From: the human T2T-CHM13v2.0 reference genome, Homo sapiens
DNA length: 64,000 nt
Reading direction: 5' to 3' (one strand)
Assembly (NCBI RefSeq): GCF_009914755.1
Contig: NC_060937.1
Position 1 is the first letter of the stretch. Every line of letters begins with the position of its first letter. Position numbers and translations under genes: made by a program. Positions 20,087 to 32,500 of this stretch are shown here, in pieces. The notes under the pieces were generated by a model, which made no database searches, was not told the DNA's origin, and worked only from the letters and a program-made list of their open reading frames with translations.

Positions 20087-23000
20087 CCAGTTTTGAACAT
20101 TCTTTTTGTAGAATCTGCAAGTGGACATTTGGAGTGCATTGCAACCTATGGTAGCAAAGGAAATATCTTCACATAAAATCTAGAAAGAAGCAACCTGAGA
20201 AACTTCTTTGTGATGTGTGCATTCATGTCACAGAGTTAAACATTTCTTTTGATGGAGAAGTTTTGAAACTATCTTTTTGTAGATCTAGCAATTGGACATT
20301 TGGAGCACTTTGAGGCCTATGGTGGAAAAGGAAATACCTTCACATAAAAACTAGAGAGAAGAATTCTGAGAAACTTCCTTGTGATTCATACGTTCATCTC
20401 ACAGATTTGAACCTTTCTTTTGATGGAGCAGTTTTGAAACTCTCTTTTTGTAGAATGTGCAAGTGGACGTTTGGAGCGCTTTGAAGCCTATGGTGTAAAA
20501 GGAAATATCTTCACATAAAAACCAGATAGAAGCTTTCTGAGAAACTTCTTTGTGATATGTGCATTCGTGTCCCTGACTTGAGCATTTCTTTTGAAGGACC
20601 AGTTTTCAAATACTGTTTTTGTAGAATCTGCAAGTGGACAATTCGAGTGTCTTGAGGCCTATGGTGGAAAAGAAAATATCTTCACATAAAAACTGGACAG
20701 AAGAATTCTGAGAAACCTCTTTGTGATGTGTACATTCGTATCTCAAAGTTTAATCTTTCTTCTGAAGGACCAGTTTTGAAATCCTCTTTTTGAAGAATCC
20801 GCTAGCAGACATATTGTATGCCTTGAGGCGTATGCTGGAAAAGGAAATATCTTCACATAAAATCTAGACAGAAGCAATCTGAGAAACTTCCTTGTAATGT
20901 GTTCATTTATCTCACAGAGTTAAACCTTTCTTTTGATTGAGCAGTCTTGAAACTCTCTTTTTGTAGAATCTGTAAGTGGACATTTTGTGTGTTTTGAAGC
21001 CTATGGTGGAAAAGGAAATATCTTCACATAAAAATCAGATAGAAACATTCTGAGAAACATCTTTGTGATGTGTACATTCATCTCACAGAGTTAAACCTTT
21101 CTTTTGATAGAGCAGTTTTGAAACTCTCTTTTGTGGAAACTGCAAGTGGACATTTCGAGCACCTTGAGTCCTATGGTGGAAAATGTAATATCTTCACACA
21201 AATATTAGATAGAATAATTCTGAGAAACTTCTTTGTGATGTGTGCATTCACCTCAAAGAGTTGAACCATTCTTTTGATTGAGGAGTTTGGAAACACTCTT
21301 TTTGTAGTATCTGCAGGTGGACATTTGGAAAGCTTTTTGGCCTATGATAGAGAAGGAAATATCTTCACATAAAATCTAGACAGAAGAAATCTGAGAAACT
21401 TCCTCGTGATGTGTGCATTCATCTCATAGAGTTAAAACTTTCTTTTGATTGAGAAGTTTTGAAACTCTCTTTTTTAAGTCTGCAAGTGGACATTTGGAGC
21501 AGTTTGAGGCCTGTGGTGGAAAAGGAAATATCTTCACATAAAAACTAAACAGAAGAATTCTGAGATAGTTTTTGTGATGTGTGTGTTCACCTCACAGAGT
21601 TGAACCATTCTTTTGAATGAGCAGTTTGGAAACACTCTTGTAGAATCTGCAAGTGGATATTTGGAGTGCTTTGCGGCCTATGGTAGAAAAGGAAATATCT
21701 TCACATAAAATCTAGACAGAAGAAATCTGAGAAACCTCTTCATGATGTGTGCATTCATACCCAGAGTTTAAGCTTTCTTTTGATGGGTCAGTTTTGGAAT
21801 ACTCTTTTTGTTGGATCTGCAAGTGGACATTTTGAACACCTTGAGGCCTATGGTGGAAAATGAAATATCTTCACGTAAAAACTAAACAGAAGAATTCTGA
21901 GAAACTTCTTTGTGATGCGTGCGTTCACCTCACAGAGTTGAACATTTCTTTTGATTGAGCAGTTTGGAAACACTCTTTTTGTAGAATCTGCAAGTGGACA
22001 TTCAGAGGGCTTTGTGGCCTATGGTAGAAAAGGAAATATCTTCACATAAAATCTCGACAGAAGCAACCTGAGAAACTTATTTGTGATGTGTGCATTCATC
22101 ACACAGAGCTAAAACCTTTTTTTAATTGAGCAGTTTTGAAACTCTCTTTTTGTAGAATCTGGACGTAGACAAGTGCAGCATTTTCAGGCCTATGGTGGAA
22201 AAGGAAATATCTTCACATAAAAACTAGACAGAAGAAATCTGAGAAACTTCCTTGTGATGTGTCTGTTCATCTCACAGAGTTGAAACTTTCTTTTCATTGA
22301 GCAGTTTGGAAACATGCTTTTTGTAGAATCTGCAAGTGGACATTCAGAGGGCTTTGTGGCCTATGGTAGAAAAGGAAATATCTTCACATAAAATCTAGAC
22401 AGAAGCAATCTGAGAAAATTCTTTCTGATGTGTGCATTCATCTCACAGAGTTAAACCTTTCTTTTGATTGAGCAGTTTTGAAACTCTTTTTGTGGAATCT
22501 GCAAGTGGACATTTGGAGTGCTTTTCGGCCTATGATAAAAAAAGAAATATCTTCACATAAAATCTAGACAGAAGCCATCTGAGAAACTTCTTTGTGATGT
22601 CTGCATTCATCTCATAGAGTTAAAATTTTCTTTGAATGAGCACTTTTGAAACTCTCTTTTGTAGAATCTGCAAGTGGACATTTGGAGTGCTTTGAGACCT
22701 ATGATAGGAAAGGATATATCTTCACATAAAATCTAGACAGAAGCAATTTGAGAAACTTCACCATGATGTATGTATTCAAGTCACAGAGTTAAACCTTTCT
22801 TTTTAATTGAGCAGTTTTTTTTTTGTTTGTTTGTTTGTTTTTTTAGAATCTGTTAGTGGACGTTTAAGGCGCTTTGAGGCCTATGAAGGAAATGGAAATA
22901 TCTTCACCTAAAAACTAAACAGATTTCTGAGAAACTTCTTTTTGATGTGTACGTTCATCTCACAGAGTTGAACCTTTCTTTTATTGAGCAGTTTGGAAAC

Positions 23001-26000
23001 ACTCTTTTCGCAGAATCTGCAAGAGTATATTTGGAGAGTTTTGAGGCCTATGGAGGAAAAGAAATATCTTCAGATAAAAACTAATTAGAAGCATTCTGAG
23101 AAACTCCTTTGTGATGAGTGCATTCATGTCCCAGAGTTCAACATTTCTTTTGATGGGCCAGTATTGAAATAATCTTTTTGTGGAATCTGCAAGTGGACAT
23201 TTGGAACGCCTTGAGGCCTATGGTGGAAAATGAAATATCTTCACGTAATAACTAGACAGAATAATTCCAGGAAACTTCAATTGTGATGTGTGCATTCATC
23301 TCACAGAGCTGAACCTTTCTTTTGATTGAGAAGTTTGGAAACACTCTTTTGGCGAATCTGCAAGTGGAAAATTTGTATGCTTTGCAGTCAATGGTAGAAA
23401 AAGAATAATCTTCAATTAAAATCTACACGGAAGCAATCTGAGAAACTTCTTTGTGATATGTGCATTCATCTCACAGAGTTAAACCTTTATTTTGACTGAG
23501 CAGTTTTGAACTCTCTTTTTATATAATCTGCAAGTGGACGTTTGAACAGATATGAGGCCTACGGTGGAAAAGGAAATATCTTCACATAAAAACTAGAAAG
23601 AAGAATTCTGAGAACCTTCTTTGTGATGCATGCGTTCATCTCACAGATTTGAACCTTTGTTTGGATTGAGTAGTTTGGAAACACTCTTTTTGTAAAATCT
23701 GCAAGTGAACATTTGGAGCACTTTGCGGCCTAAGGTAGAAAACAAATATCTTCACATAAAATTTAGACAGAAGCAATCTGAGAAACTTCTTTGTGATGAG
23801 TGCATTCATCTCACAGAGTTAAACCTTTCTTTGGATTGAGCAGTTTTGAAATTCTCTTTTTGTAGAATCTGCAAGTGAACATTTGGTGGGCTTTGAGGCC
23901 TTTGGTGGAAAAGAAAATATCTTTATATTAAATTTAGACAGAAGAATTCTGAGAAACTGTTTTGTGATGTGTGCGTTCATCTCACAGAGTTGAATCTTTC
24001 TTTTGATTGAGCAGTTTGGAAACAATCATTTGTAGGATCTGCAAATGGCCATTTGGAGTGCTTTGCGGCCTGTGGTAGAAAAGGAAATATCTTCACATAA
24101 AATCTAGAAGGAAGCAATCTGAGAAACTTCTTTCTGATGTGTGCATTCATGTCACAGAGTTAAAACTTTCTTTATATTGAGCAGTTTTGAACCTCTCTTT
24201 TTGTAGAATCTGCAAGTGGATGTTTAGAGCGATTTGATACCTATGGTGGAAAAGAAAATATCTTCACAAAAAAACTAGACAGAAGAATTCTGAAAAACTA
24301 CTGGTGATGTTTGCGTTCATCTCACAGAGTTCAAAGTTTCTTTTGATGGAGCATTTTGGAAACACTCATTTTCTAGAATCTTCAGGTGGACATTAGGAGG
24401 GCTTTGAGGCCTATGGTGAAAAAGGAAATATCTTCACATGAAAACTAGAGAGAAGAATTCTGTGAAAGTTCTTTTGTTGTGGGCGTTCATCTCACCCAGA
24501 TGAACCTTCTTTTGATTGAGCAGTTTGGAGACTCTCCTTCTTTAGAATCTGTAAGTGGATATTTGGAGACCTTTGTGGCCTATGGCAGAAAAGGAAATAT
24601 CTTCATATAAATCTCTGCCGCAGCAACCTGAGAAACTTCTTTGTGATGTGTGCATTCATCTGACAGAGTTGAACCTTTCTTTTGATTGAGCAGTTTTGCA
24701 ACTCTCTTTTTGTAGAATCTGCAAGTGGACATTTTGAGGGCTTTGAGGACTAAGGTGGAAAAGGAAATATCTTCACATAAAAACTAGACAGAAGAACTAT
24801 GAAAAACTTCTTTGTGATATGTGCGTTCATCTCACAGAGTTGAAACTTTCTTTTGATTCAGCAGTTTGGAAACACTCTTTTCGTAGAATCTGCCAGTGGA
24901 CATTTGGAGTGCTTGGCGGCCTATAGTAGAAAGGGAAATATCTTCATCTTAAGTCTAGACAGAAGCAATCTGAGAAACTTCTTTGTGAAGTGTGCATTCA
25001 TCTCCAAGAGCTGAACCTTCCTTTTGATGTATCAGTTTTGAAATACTCTTTTTGTAGAATCTGCAAGTGGACATTTGGAACGCCTTGGGGCCAATGGTAG
25101 AAAAGGGTATATCTTCATTTAAAATCTAGACAGAAGCAATCTGAGAAACTTCTTTGTGATGTAGGCATTCATCTGACAGAGTTAAACCTTTCTTTTGATT
25201 GAGCAGTTTGGAAACTCTCTTTTTGTAGAACCTGCAAATGGACATTTGGAGAACTTTGAGTCCTATGATGGAAAAAGAAATATTCTCACATAAAAACTAG
25301 ACAGAATAATTCTGAGAAACTTCTTTTTGATGCGTGTGTTCATCTCAAAGAGTTGAGCCTTTCTTTTGATTGAGGAGTTTGGAAACACTTTATCTTGTAG
25401 AATCTGCAAGTGGACATTTGGAGCGTTTTGCAGCCTATGGTAGAAAAGGAAATATCTACACATAAAATCTAGACAGAAGCTATCTGAAAATCTTCTTTGT
25501 GATGCGTGCATTCATATTCCAGAGTAAAGCCTTTCTTTTGATTCAGCAGTTTTGAAACTCTCTTTTTGTGTAATCTGGAAGTGGACATTTGGAGGGCTTT
25601 GAGGCCGATGGTGGAAAAGGAAATATCTTCAAAAATAAACTAGACATAAGCATTCTGAATAACTTCTTCATGATGTGTGCATTCATCTCCCAGAGTTGAA
25701 GCTTTCTTTTAATGGACCAGTTTTGAAATACTCTTTTTGTAGAATCTGCAAGTGGACATTTCGAGCACCCTGAGGCCTATAGAGGGAAAAGAAATACTTT
25801 CAGATAAAAATGAGACAGAAGAATTCTGAGAAACTTCTTTGTGATTTGTGCGTTCATATCACACAGGTGAAACTTTCTTTTGATTGAGCAGTTTGGAAAC
25901 ACTCTTTTTGTAGAATCTGCCAATGGACATTTGGTGTGCTTTGAGGCTTATGGTAGAAAAGGAAATCTCTTCACAGAAAATCCAGACAGAAGCAATCTGA

Positions 26001-29000
26001 GAAACTTCTTTGTGATGTGTGCATTCATCTCACAGAGTGAAACCTTACTTTTGATGGAGTAGTTTTGAAATTCTCTTTTTGTAGAATCTGCAAATTGACA
26101 TTGGGAGTGCTTTGAGGCCTACAGTGGAAAAGGAAATATGTTCACATAAAAACTAGACAGAAGCATTCTGAGAAACTTCTTTGTGATGTGTGCATTCATC
26201 TCAAAGAGTTGAAACTTTCTTTTGATGGACCAGGTTTGAAATACTCCTTTTGTAGAATCTGCCAGGGGGCATTTCGAGCACCTTGAGGCCTAAGGTGAAA
26301 GTGAAATATCTTCATATAAAATCTTGACAGAAGCAATCTTAGAAACTTCTCTGTGATGTGTGCATTCATCTCACTAAGTGAAACCTTTCTTTTGATTGAG
26401 CAGTTTTGAAACTCTCTTTTTGTTGAATCTGCAGTTGGACACTTGGAGCGCTTTGAGGCCTAAGGTGGAAAAGGAAATATCTTCACATAAAAACTAGACA
26501 GAAGAATTCTGAGAAACTTCTTTATAATGTGTGCGTTCATTTCACAGAGTTGAACCTTTCTTTTGATTGAGCAGTTTTGAAACACTCTTATTGTAGAATC
26601 TGCATGTGGACATTTGGAGCACTTTGTGGCCTATGGTAGAAAAGGAAATATCTTCACATAAAATCTAGACAGAAGCAATCTGAGAAAATTCTTTGTGATG
26701 TGTGCATTCACCTTACAGAGTAAAACCTTTCTTTTGATTGAGCACTTTTAAAACTCTCTTTTTGTAGGATCTGCAAGTGGACATTTGTAGCACCTTGAGG
26801 CCTATGATGGAAAAGGAAATATCTTCACTTAAAAAATAAACAGAAGAATTCTGAGAAACTTCTTTTTTATATGTGTGTTCATCTCACAGAGTTGAACCTT
26901 TGATTGAGCAGTTTGGAAACTCTCTTTTTGTAGAATCTGCAAGTGGACATTTGGAGTGTTTTGTAGCCTATGGTAGAAAGGGAAATATCTTTACATACAA
27001 TCTAGACAGAAGTAATCTGAGAATCTTCTCTGTGATGTGTGCATTCATCTCACAGAGTTAAGCCTTTATTATGATTGAGCACTTTTGAAACTCTCTTTTT
27101 GTAGAATCTGCAATTGGACATTTGGAAGGCTTTGGGGCCTATGGTGGAAAAGGAAATATCTTCACATAAAAACAAGATAGAAGCGTTCTGAGAAACTTCT
27201 TTGTGATGTGTGCATCCATCTCCCAGAGTTGAACCTTTCTTTGGATGGACCAGTTTTGAAATACTGTTTTTGTAGGATCTGCAAGTGGACATTTTGAGCG
27301 CCTTGAGGCCTACGGTGGAAAAGGAAATATCTTCACATAGAAACTAGACAGAAGCATTCTGAGAAACCTCTTTGTGATGTGTGCATTCATCTCAAGGAGG
27401 TGAAACTTTCTTTTGATGGACCAGGTTCGAAATTCTCCTTTTGTAGAATCTGCCAGGGGGCATTTTGAGTGCCTTGAGGCCTATGGTGGAAAATGAAATA
27501 TCTTCATATAAAAACTAGACAGAAGCATTCTGAGAAAGTTCTTTGTGATGTGTGCATTCATCTCACAGAGTTGAATCTTTCTTTTGATTGAGAAGTTTGG
27601 AAACACTGTTTTTGTAGAATCTGCAAGGGGCAGTTGGAACGCTTATTGTTCTATGGTGGAAAAGGAAATAACTTCATATAAAATCTAGACAGAAGCAATC
27701 TGAGAAACTTTTTGTGATGTGTGCTTTCATCTCACAGACTTAAACCTTCCTTTTGATTGAGCAGCTTTAGAAATCTCTTTTTGCAGAATCTGCAAGTGGA
27801 CATTTGGAATGCTTTTAGGCCTATGGAAGAAAAGGAATTATCTTCACATAAAAACTAGCCAGAAGAATTCTGAGAGAATTCTTTGTGATGTGTGCATTCA
27901 TCTGGCAGAGTTGAACCTTTCTTTTGATTGAGCAGTTTGGAAACACTCTTTTTGTAGAACCTGCAAGTGGACATTTGGAGCACTTTGCGGCCTATGGTAG
28001 AAAAGGAAATATCTTCACAAAAAATCTAGACAGAACCATTCTGAGAAACGACTTTTTCTTGTGTGCATTCATCTCACAGAGTTAACCATTTCTTTTGATT
28101 GAGCATTTTTGAAACTCTATTTTTGTAGAATCTGCAAGTGGACATTTGGAGCACTTTGAGGCCTATGGTGTAAAAGGAAATATCTTCACATAAAAACTAG
28201 ATAGAAGCATTCAGAGAAACTTCTTTGTGATGTGTGCAATCATTTCCCAGAGTTAAACCTTTTTTTCTGATGGACCAATTATGAAATAGTCTTTTTGTAG
28301 AATTTGCAGTTGGACATTTCGAGCACCTTGAGGACTATGGTGGAAAATGAAATATCTTCACATAAAAACTAGACACAAGTATTCTGAGCAACTTCTATGT
28401 GATGTGTGCATTCATCTCACAGAGTTGGACCTTTCTTTTGATTGAGAAGTTTGTAAACCCTCTATTTGGAGAATCTGCAAGTGTACATTTGGAGTGCTTT
28501 GCCACCTATGGTAGAAAAGGAACTATCTTCACATAAAATCTAGACATAAGCAATCAGAGAAACTACTTTGTGTTTTGTGCATGCCCCTGAGAGAGTTAAA
28601 CCTTTCTTTTGATTGAGGAGTTTTGAAACTCTCTTTTTGTAGAATCCGCAAGTCGATATTTGGAGGGCATTAAGGCCTCTGGTGGAAAAGGAAATATCTT
28701 CACATAAAAACTAAACAGAAGAATTCTGAGAAACTTCTTTGTGATGCGTGCATTCATCTTACAGAGGTGAACCTCTTTTTTGATTGAGCTGTTTGGAAAC
28801 ATTCTTTTTGTGGAATCTACAAGTGGATATTTGGAACGCTTTGGGGCCTGTGGTAGAAAAGGAAATATCTTCACATAAAATCTAGACAGAATCAACCTGA
28901 CAAACGTCCTTGTGACGTGTGCTTTTGTCTAAGAGAGTTAAACCTTTCTTTTGATTGAGGAGTTTTGAAACTCTCCTTTTGTAAAATCTGCAAGTGGATA

Positions 29001-29500
29001 TTTGGAGTGCTTTGAGGCCTATGGTGGAAAAGGAAATATCTTCACATAAAAACTAGACAGAAGAGTTCTGAGAAACTTCTTTGTGATGTGTGCGTTCATC
29101 TCACAGTGTTCAAAGTTTCTTTTCATGGAGCAATTTGGAAACACTCTTTTTGTAGAATCTTCAAGTGGACATTTGGAGGGCTTTGAGGCCTCTGGTGGAA
29201 AAGCAAATATCTTCACATGAAAACTGGAGAGAAGAATTCTGTGAAACTTTTTTCTGATACATGCGTCCATCTCACACAGATGAACCTTCCTTTTGATTGG
29301 GCAGTTTGGAGACACTCTTTCTGTAGAATCTGCAAGTGGACGTTTGGAGCCCTTTGTGACCAATGGTAGAAAAGGAAGTATCTTCATATAAATCTCTGCC
29401 GAAACAACCAGATAAACTTCTTTGTGATGTGTACATTCATCTCACAGAGTTGAACCTTTCTTTTGATTGAGCAGTTTTGAAACACTCTTTTTGTAGAATA
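20087..29500 (+). repeat. Alpha satellite, forward, layer type 1 (GTGGACATTTGG; alternating AAATCTAGACAGAAGCAATCTG / AAAACTAGACAGAAGAATTCTG)
   Basis: ~171-bp units with the same diagnostic bases as 1-5500. The right boundary is approximate (29450-29570). Confidence 0.95.
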
Positions 29501-32500
29501 TGCAAGTGGATATTTGGAGCTCTTTGTGGCCTATGGTAGAAAAGGAAATATCTTCACATAAAAATTACAAAGAAGCATTCTGATAGACATGTTTGTGTTG
29601 AGTGCATTCAGCTCACAGAATTGAACCTATGTTTTGATTGAGCAGGTTTGAAACACTCTTTGTAGAATCTGCAAGTGGATATTTGGATCGATTTGACGCC
29701 TATTGTGGAAAAGGAAATATCTTCACATAAAACCTACACAGCAGCATTCTGAGAAACTTCTTTGTTTTGTGTGCATTCAACTCATGGAGTCAAACCTATC
29801 TTTTGATTGAGCAGTTTTGAATCTCTCTTTTTGCATAATCTGTGAGTGGATATTTGGAGAGATTTGAGGCCTATTGTGGAAAAGGAAATATCTTCACAGC
29901 GAAACTACACAGAAGCGTTCTGAGAAACTTCATGGTGATGTGTGCGTTCATCTCACAGAGATGAATCTTTCTTTTCATTTAGCAGTTTTGAAACACTCTG
30001 TATAATCTGCAAGCGGATAGTTGGAGTGCTTTGAGGCCTATTGTTGAAAAGAAAATATCTTCAAATGAAATCTACACAGTAGCATTCTGAGAAACCTCTT
30101 TGTGATGTGTGCATTCATCTCACAGAGTTGAACCTTTCTTTTGATTGAGCAGTTTTGAAAAACTCTTTATGTAGAATCTGCAAGTTGATATTTGGAGCGC
30201 TTAGATTCCTATTGTGGAAAAGGAAATATCTTTACATAAAAACTGCATAGAATCATTCTGAGAAACTTCTGTGGGATGTGTGCATTCATCTCACAATGTT
30301 GAACCTTTCTTTTCATTCAGCAGTTTTGAATCTTTCTGTTTGGAGAATCTGCAAGTGGATATATGGAGAGCTTTGAGGCCTATGGTGGAAATGGAAATAT
30401 CTTCACATAAAAACTACACAGAAGTATTCTGAGAAACACCTTTGTTAAGTGTGCATTAAACTCACAGAGTTGAAACTTTCTTTTGATTGAGCAGTTTTGA
30501 ATCTCTCTTTTGGTAGAATCTACAAGAGGATATTTGGAGCCATTTTCAGCCTATGGTGGAAAAGGAAATACCTTCACATGAAAACTACAAAAAAGATTTC
30601 TGAGGAACTTCTATGTCATGTGTGCCTTCATCTCACAGAGTTGAACCTTTCTTTTGATTTAGCAGTTTGGAAACACTCTTTTTGTTGTATCTACAAGTGA
30701 CTGTTTGGACCACTTTGAAGCCTATGGTGGAAAAGGAAATATCTTTAAATAAAAACTACACAGAAGCATTCTGAGAAACTTCTTTGTGATGTGTGCTTTC
30801 ATCTCACATTATTGAACCTATCTTATGATTGGGCAGTTTTGAAACACTCTTTTTATAGAATCTGCAAGTGTATATTTGGAGCCGATGTGGCCTATTGTGA
30901 AAAAGGAAATATCTTCACATAAAAACTACACAGAAGCATTCTGAGAAACCACTTTGTGATATGTGCATTAAACTCACAGAGTTGAATCTATCTTTTCATT
31001 GAGCAGTTTTGATTCCCTCTTTTTGTAGGATTTGCAAGTGGTCATATGGAGCCCTTTGCGGCCTATGGAGGAAAAGGAAATATCTTCAAATAAAAACTAC
31101 CCAGAAGCATTCTGAGGAACTTCTTTGCTATGTGTGCATTCAACTCACAGAGTTGAAACTATCTTATGATTCAGCAGTTTTGAAGCACTGTTTTTGTAGA
31201 GTCTTCAAGTGGATATTTGGAGCACTTTGAGGCCTACTGTGGAAAAGCAAATATCTTCACATAAAAACTGCACAGAAGCATTCTGAGAAACTTCTTTGTG
31301 ATGTGTGCATTCAACTCACAGAATCGAACCTATATTTTGATGGAGCAGTTTTTAATCTCTCTTTTTGCAGAATCTGCAAGTGGATATTTGGAGGCCTTTG
31401 AAGCCTAGTGTGGAAAAGGAAATATCTTCACATAACAACTACACAGAAGCATTCTGAGAAACTTTTTGTGATGTGTGCATTCAACTCACAGAGTTGAACC
31501 TATGTTTTGATTGAACAGTTTTGAATCGCTCTTTTTGTAGAATCTGAGAGTGAATATTTGCAGTGCTTTTAGGTCTATTGTGGAAAAGGAAATATTTTCA
31601 CATAAAAACTACACAGAAGCTTTCTGAGAAATTTCTTTGTTATGAGTGCATTCATCACACATAGTTGAACCTTTCTTTTTGATTGAACAGTTTTGTAACA
31701 CTCTTTATGTAGAAACTGCAAGTGGATATTTGGAGGGCTTTGAGGTCTATTTTGGAAAAGGAAATATCTTCATATCAAAACTACACAGAAGCATTCTGAG
31801 AAACTTCTTTGTGATGTGTACATTCAACTCACAGTGTTGAAACTATCTTTTGATAGAGCAGTTTTGAAACACTCTTTTTGTAGAATCTGCAAGTGTATAT
31901 TTGGAAAGCTTTGAGGCCTACTGTGGAAAAGGAAATATCTTCATGTAAAAACTACACTTAGGCAGTCTGAGAAACTTCTTTATGATGTGTGCATTCATCA
32001 TACAGATTTTAACTTCTTTTGATTGAGCAGATTTGAAACACTCTTTTTGTAGAATCGGCAGGTGGATATTTGGAGGGTTTTGAGGCCTATTTTGGAAAAG
32101 GAAATATCTTCACATAAAAACTACACAGAAGCATTCTGAGAAACATCTTTGTGATGTGTGCATTCAACTCACAGAGTTGAACCAATGTCTTAGTGGAGCA
32201 GTTTTGAATCTTTTTGTGGAATCTTCAACCGGATATTTGGAGCCCTTATCAGCCTATGGTGGAAAAGGAAATATCTTTAAATAAACTCTACACGGAGGAA
32301 TTGTGAGAAATTTCTTTGTGATGTGTGAACTCGTCTCACAGAGTTGAAATTTCCTTTTGATTGAGCAGTTTTGAAATGCTGTTTTCATAGAATCTGCAAG
32401 TGGATATTTGGAGCGCTTTGAGGCCTATTGTGGAAAAGGAAATATCTTCACATAAAAACTACACAGAAGCATTCTGAAAAACTACTTTGTGATGTGTGCA

